Notes under the pieces: model-generated
What the model was told of the DNA's origin: nothing
Seen by the model: the letters and a program-made list of their open reading frames with translations, nothing else
The model's database searches: none
Assembly (NCBI RefSeq): GCF_000341395.1
Contig: NC_020304.1
Coordinates: 3,840,001 to 3,872,000, forward strand
From: Desulfocapsa sulfexigens DSM 10523
GTDB taxonomy: Bacteria > Desulfobacterota > Desulfobulbia > Desulfobulbales > Desulfocapsaceae
Reading direction: 5' to 3'
Length of the DNA stretch: 32,000 nucleotides
Program-made: the position numbers and the translations under genes
Shown here: piece by piece, positions 28,348-32,000 of the stretch
How the letters are laid out: the number at the start of each line of letters is the position of its first letter
How positions within the stretch are numbered: position 1 is the stretch's first letter

Positions 28348-29964
28348 CTACATGAACTCATCCATTGCGGCCTTCAATGATTTGGCATTAAAAGGTTTTT
28401 GTATCACTTTGTTCACCCCCGCGGCATAAGCAGCTTCATTATCATTTGTTTCATTCTGAGTAGTTACCATGATAATGGGCAATTCCTTCGGAGAATATTT
28501 TTTTCTGATTTCTGCTGCCATCATCACACCTGTAATTTCAGGCATATTTAAATCTGTAAGAACCATGGCTGGTTTCTCGTTCTGCAGCCACTCAATCGCC
28601 GAAGCAGGAAATTCAAAGAGAACCGGCTCAAACCCTAGCTCGTGAAGAGTTGCTTTGTAGATGTTAAGAATCATACGAGAATCGTCAACGGCAACCACCT
28701 TCACCAGATTCTTTACATCTTCACCACCTTGAATTTTATTAGCAAACTCATCAAACCCGTGCTTCACCAGAAGCCTGGTATAATGTTCTTTTGTATCCTT
28801 ATGAGCATGAGGCAGATAAACAAGAGACAGTTCCTGAAAAAAATCCTCAGCCGCAAGGCTTAAAAATATCTTATCAACCTGGGCACTTACAATAATCTTT
28901 GCAATATGCCTGGCCTCATCCCCCTTGGGCCGAAGAAGATTTTTAATTCCCGCTGTAAGTATCTCCGAATAATTCTGATCAATTGCCTTTGCTGCCGCCA
29001 CACAAACATGATCTTCAGGATCGGTAAGCCCGGCAGTCAACGTATAGGCTCCTTTACGTAAAGGCAGAAGAGCAAGTGCTTCATAGGCTGCAAAACGAAC
29101 ATTCGCACTTTTGGGATCCTTTCCAAGAAGTTTCCTGATGGGCATAATGGCAGATTCATCACCTATATCACCAAGAACATTCAAGGTATGAATAACAAAA
29201 TCTGGATCATCCTGAAGAAGATTATCAATGAGTGCAGGAACGGCTTTGGCACCAATACGCACCAGTTCCTGCTTGGCATAAATACGCATATGGGCATAAT
29301 GGGAGGCCAGAGTGTCATTGAGTTTTTCTAAAGAGACAGGATCCTGAACATCGGCAAAAATGGAAAGAATCATATAGTCCATCTCGTTGTCGGTCCCCAT
29401 ACGCTCGGCTAGCCTATGCATGGCAGATTGGGTACCAACCTGACCGAGAGCCTGAATGGCTGTAATAATCAAATCTCTGTTTGCGGCATACAGATAATCC
29501 GTAAGGGTATTGATCGCCTGCGGATCACCTATCAGTCCTAACGTCTCGATTATCAGTTTAATTTCGGGTTCATCCTGGGAGTTTGCCACCAGATATAAAA
29601 GTGCAGGGACAGCCTCTTCAAATCGCAGCTCGCCGGCCACATTAATCAGGTGCGTTTTATCCTTGATTGACGTATCCGACAGAAACTCAATCAACAGCTC
29701 AGGGTAAGCCAGAAGGTTGGAAAGAAGGGTCTCCTTAATAACGGGAAGTTCATCAACAATAGACACATGCTCTGTCATCAAATAGAGAAGAATCGGCACA
29801 GTAAACCTGACATCACCACGGGATAGTTCATAGATCAACCTGTTCTGCGTCTTCATATCCACATCTGGAAGATGGGCAAGAACAAGTTTTGTTTTCAAGG
29901 TATCCCCAGTCTGGATATTGTCCCGAATTTCATCAATCATATGTTGAGTATTCAAATCTGCCAT
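28348..29964 (-). CDS. HEAT-repeat protein with C-terminal response-regulator receiver domain
   Basis: Successive alpha-helical repeats (EEAVPALLYLVANSQDEPEIKLIIETLGLIGDPQAINTL, VPALIDNLLQDDPDFVIHTLNVLGDIGDESAIMPIRKLLGKDPKSANVRFAAYEAL), then REC VVAVDDSRMILNIYK..MVLTDLNMPEITG..IIMVTTQNE..VIQKPF. Confidence 0.88.
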   Translation of the reverse strand: MADLNTQHMIDEIRDNIQTGDTLKTKLVLAHLPDVDMKTQNRLIYELSRGDVRFTVPILLYLMTEHVSIVDELPVIKETLLSNLLAYPELLIEFLSDTSIKDKTHLINVAGELRFEEAVPALLYLVANSQDEPEIKLIIETLGLIGDPQAINTLTDYLYAANRDLIITAIQALGQVGTQSAMHRLAERMGTDNEMDYMILSIFADVQDPVSLEKLNDTLASHYAHMRIYAKQELVRIGAKAVPALIDNLLQDDPDFVIHTLNVLGDIGDESAIMPIRKLLGKDPKSANVRFAAYEALALLPLRKGAYTLTAGLTDPEDHVCVAAAKAIDQNYSEILTAGIKNLLRPKGDEARHIAKIIVSAQVDKIFLSLAAEDFFQELSLVYLPHAHKDTKEHYTRLLVKHGFDEFANKIQGGEDVKNLVKVVAVDDSRMILNIYKATLHELGFEPVLFEFPASAIEWLQNEKPAMVLTDLNMPEITGVMMAAEIRKKYSPKELPIIMVTTQNETNDNEAAYAAGVNKVIQKPFNAKSLKAAMDEFM

Positions 29965-30133
29965 AAAATATCCCTTCTCAGGTTCAGTAGTATTTAATAT
30001 TTTTCATATAAATTTGGACATACTGCTTTCTCACTGCAAAAGAAGGATAGCATAAAAGTAAGAATGATGTCTAGGAGCTTGTAAAATATCAGAAACTTTT
30101 AATGGAAAAAGGCCACTGCAGAGGAAAAAAATT

Positions 30134-30160
30134 GGCAGGAGGGTGGATTCCTCTCCTGCC
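30134..30160 (-). terminator. Intrinsic terminator for the minus-strand flavoprotein-rhodanese gene
   Basis: Minus strand: GGCAGGAG-aggaatccacc-CTCCTGCC followed by AATTTTTTTCC, just past the stop at 30184. Confidence 0.78.
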
Positions 30161-30183
30161 GGAATATGAAAAGACAACTTTTT

Positions 30184-31911
30184 TTATTTACCGGGATACC
30201 AGTCTATACCCATACGACGCAACATGTTGAATCCACCACTCAGCACCAGAGTCTGGTCAACACCAACACTCTTCAAAAAGCTCTGGATCTCAAAGGATCG
30301 TGTCCCTGCATCACAGAGGATAATAAGTTTTTTATCCAAAGGCAGCTCTTTAAAACGTTTTCGGATTTCATTATAAGGTATGGCACACCACTTATCGACT
30401 CCAAATTTTTCAACACAGGGTCCCGCTTCTATCGGGTGCCTGATATCAAGTGCGATCCAATCGGGCTGAGTTGAGAAATCATCCATCCAGACAAGGAAAG
30501 ACTCAAGGGTTGTTTTGTGAAGACGCCCGTCGCAAAGATTATCTGCAACATAGGCTATGGCATTTATAGAATCTATTGCTGCTGAGAATGGTGGCGCATA
30601 GGCCATTTCGAGGGTTCCAAAATCGTCAATGGTTGCCCCCATGGAGATATATGCGGCAGCCGCATCAATCCGTGCTGAGATACCGTCACCCATAGGACCG
30701 AATCCCTGAAGACCTAAAACTTTTCGGGTTCTGCGATCAAACACCATCTGGAAACAGACTATGGATTCAGTTGGAAAAAAATGAGCGCGATCAGATGGTG
30801 CAGTGAGTGCAACGTCAGCATCAAAACCCTCTGCCAGGGCAACTTCAAGACTCAGCCCGGTAGCACCGATACACACATCGAAGGCCTTCATAATAAAACT
30901 TCCAACGGCTCCCTTAAACTTTGAAGGAATACCCGCCATATTATCCCCAGCTACGCGTCCTTCCTTATTGGCAAGAGATCCAAGGGGAGCGTAGAATTTT
31001 TTCCCAGAAACAAGGTGCATTACCTCAATACAGTCACCAGCAGCATAAATGGAAGGATCTGAGGTCTGCATACGTTCATTGACAACAATTGCTCCCATGG
31101 GGGAAGTTTGCAGGCCCGCCTCCACGGCGATCTCGGTACGTGGCCGCACCCCAGCTGCCATAATCACAATATCCGCCTCCAGGGTACGCTTTGCAGTGCG
31201 CAGTCCTGTTACTTTACCATTTTCACCGACGATCTCCGTTGCCCCCTCACCGAGGAAAATATCCACATCGTTGTCACGCATGTGTTTAGTAAGCATGGAG
31301 GCCATTGGCGAATCAACAATTCGAGGCAGAACCTGAGGCATAAATTCAACAACTGAAGTCTCAACTCCCCAGAGATCTTTAAAAGCCTCGGCCATCTCAA
31401 GACCGATTGCGCCACCACCGATAACCACTGCTTTACCAACCTTCCCCTTGGCTATACGGTCTTTAATTTCGATGGCCTTGTGCAAATCGGAAATTGTAAA
31501 AACGCCATCAAGATCGGCTCCAGGGATTGGTAAAACAAAAGGACGGGAACCGGTAGCAATCATCAGGGTGTCATAGGGAATATCCTCTTCCGCACCACTT
31601 GCAACATTCTGTACTTTCACCGTTTTATTCTGGCGGTTGATAGCCGTGGCCCTGGTACCACTTTTAACAAGAACGCCCTTTGCATCCTCAAAAAAATCTT
31701 CGTTTCGGACCATATGGAAGCTGGTGGAACGCAGTTCTGCCTCATCGGAAACGTCTCCTGAGACATAGTAGGGAATGCCACAGCCACCGTAGGAAAACAG
31801 GGTATCCTGATCGATGATGGTAACCTCGGCATCCTGCATCAGTCGTTTCACACGACATGCAGCTTTAGGGCCCGCTGCTACGCCACCCACGATTACAATT
31901 TTTGCTCCCAT
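30184..31911 (-). CDS. FAD/NAD(P)-dependent disulfide oxidoreductase of the CoA-disulfide reductase/NADH oxidase class with C-terminal rhodanese domain
   Basis: KIVIVGGVAAGPKAACRVKR, redox Cys context YGGCGIPYYVSG, second Rossmann KAVVIGGGAIGLEMAEAF, SIYAAGDCIEV; rhodanese tail ALDIRHPIEAGP..LIILCDAGTRSFE. Track starts at TTG 31926, but GGAGG is positioned 8 nt before ATG 31911. Confidence 0.9.
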   Translation of the reverse strand: MGAKIVIVGGVAAGPKAACRVKRLMQDAEVTIIDQDTLFSYGGCGIPYYVSGDVSDEAELRSTSFHMVRNEDFFEDAKGVLVKSGTRATAINRQNKTVKVQNVASGAEEDIPYDTLMIATGSRPFVLPIPGADLDGVFTISDLHKAIEIKDRIAKGKVGKAVVIGGGAIGLEMAEAFKDLWGVETSVVEFMPQVLPRIVDSPMASMLTKHMRDNDVDIFLGEGATEIVGENGKVTGLRTAKRTLEADIVIMAAGVRPRTEIAVEAGLQTSPMGAIVVNERMQTSDPSIYAAGDCIEVMHLVSGKKFYAPLGSLANKEGRVAGDNMAGIPSKFKGAVGSFIMKAFDVCIGATGLSLEVALAEGFDADVALTAPSDRAHFFPTESIVCFQMVFDRRTRKVLGLQGFGPMGDGISARIDAAAAYISMGATIDDFGTLEMAYAPPFSAAIDSINAIAYVADNLCDGRLHKTTLESFLVWMDDFSTQPDWIALDIRHPIEAGPCVEKFGVDKWCAIPYNEIRKRFKELPLDKKLIILCDAGTRSFEIQSFLKSVGVDQTLVLSGGFNMLRRMGIDWYPGK

Positions 31912-32000
31912 TTCAAAATCCTCCAAATATAGAAATACATCTTACGCAATGGTATTTAACGAAAAAACGATATGGACAAATGAACAATAAAACAGGGTAA

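Noticed and set aside
1-32000. CRISPR arrays, tRNA/rRNA genes, transposases, integrases, phage or toxin-antitoxin/defence genes
   Set aside because: No regularly spaced direct repeats, RNA-gene signatures or family motifs were seen in the sequence or the ORF translations.

Overview
The window looks like chromosomal DNA from an anaerobic, probably sulfate-reducing-type, deltaproteobacterium; this lineage guess is inferred from gene content and protein style. There are no tRNA/rRNA genes, CRISPR arrays or mobile elements that I can support. In order it contains: a UvrD/Rep-type helicase (truncated at the left edge), a small conserved-looking protein, a GGDEF diguanylate cyclase, a GH3 beta-N-acetylhexosaminidase, a tandem TM2-domain protein, and a compact minus-strand block (13427->4640). 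That block encodes a TonB-dependent receptor, an orphan ABC-type periplasmic binding protein, a membrane HAMP/HisKA/HATPase/REC/REC/HPt hybrid kinase, a REC-HD-GYP protein and a PAS hybrid kinase. A divergent plus-strand block (13813->19452) encodes a DUF493/YbeD-like protein, an unknown protein and a complete BMP-type (nucleoside-like) ABC importer. Then follow a PabB-PabC fusion, a CBS/ACT protein adjacent to a full-length pyruvate:ferredoxin oxidoreductase, a YkgJ-like cysteine-cluster protein, a 64-aa ORF, a PHP phosphatase, a HEAT-repeat protein with a C-terminal receiver, and a CoA-disulfide-reductase-like flavoprotein with a C-terminal rhodanese domain. The best candidate for an under-described system is the receptor/binding-protein/hybrid-kinase/HD-GYP block. 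Secondary candidates are a 61-nt hairpin 3' of the PFOR gene, the HEAT-REC protein, and an inverted repeat lying inside the likely promoter of the importer operon.
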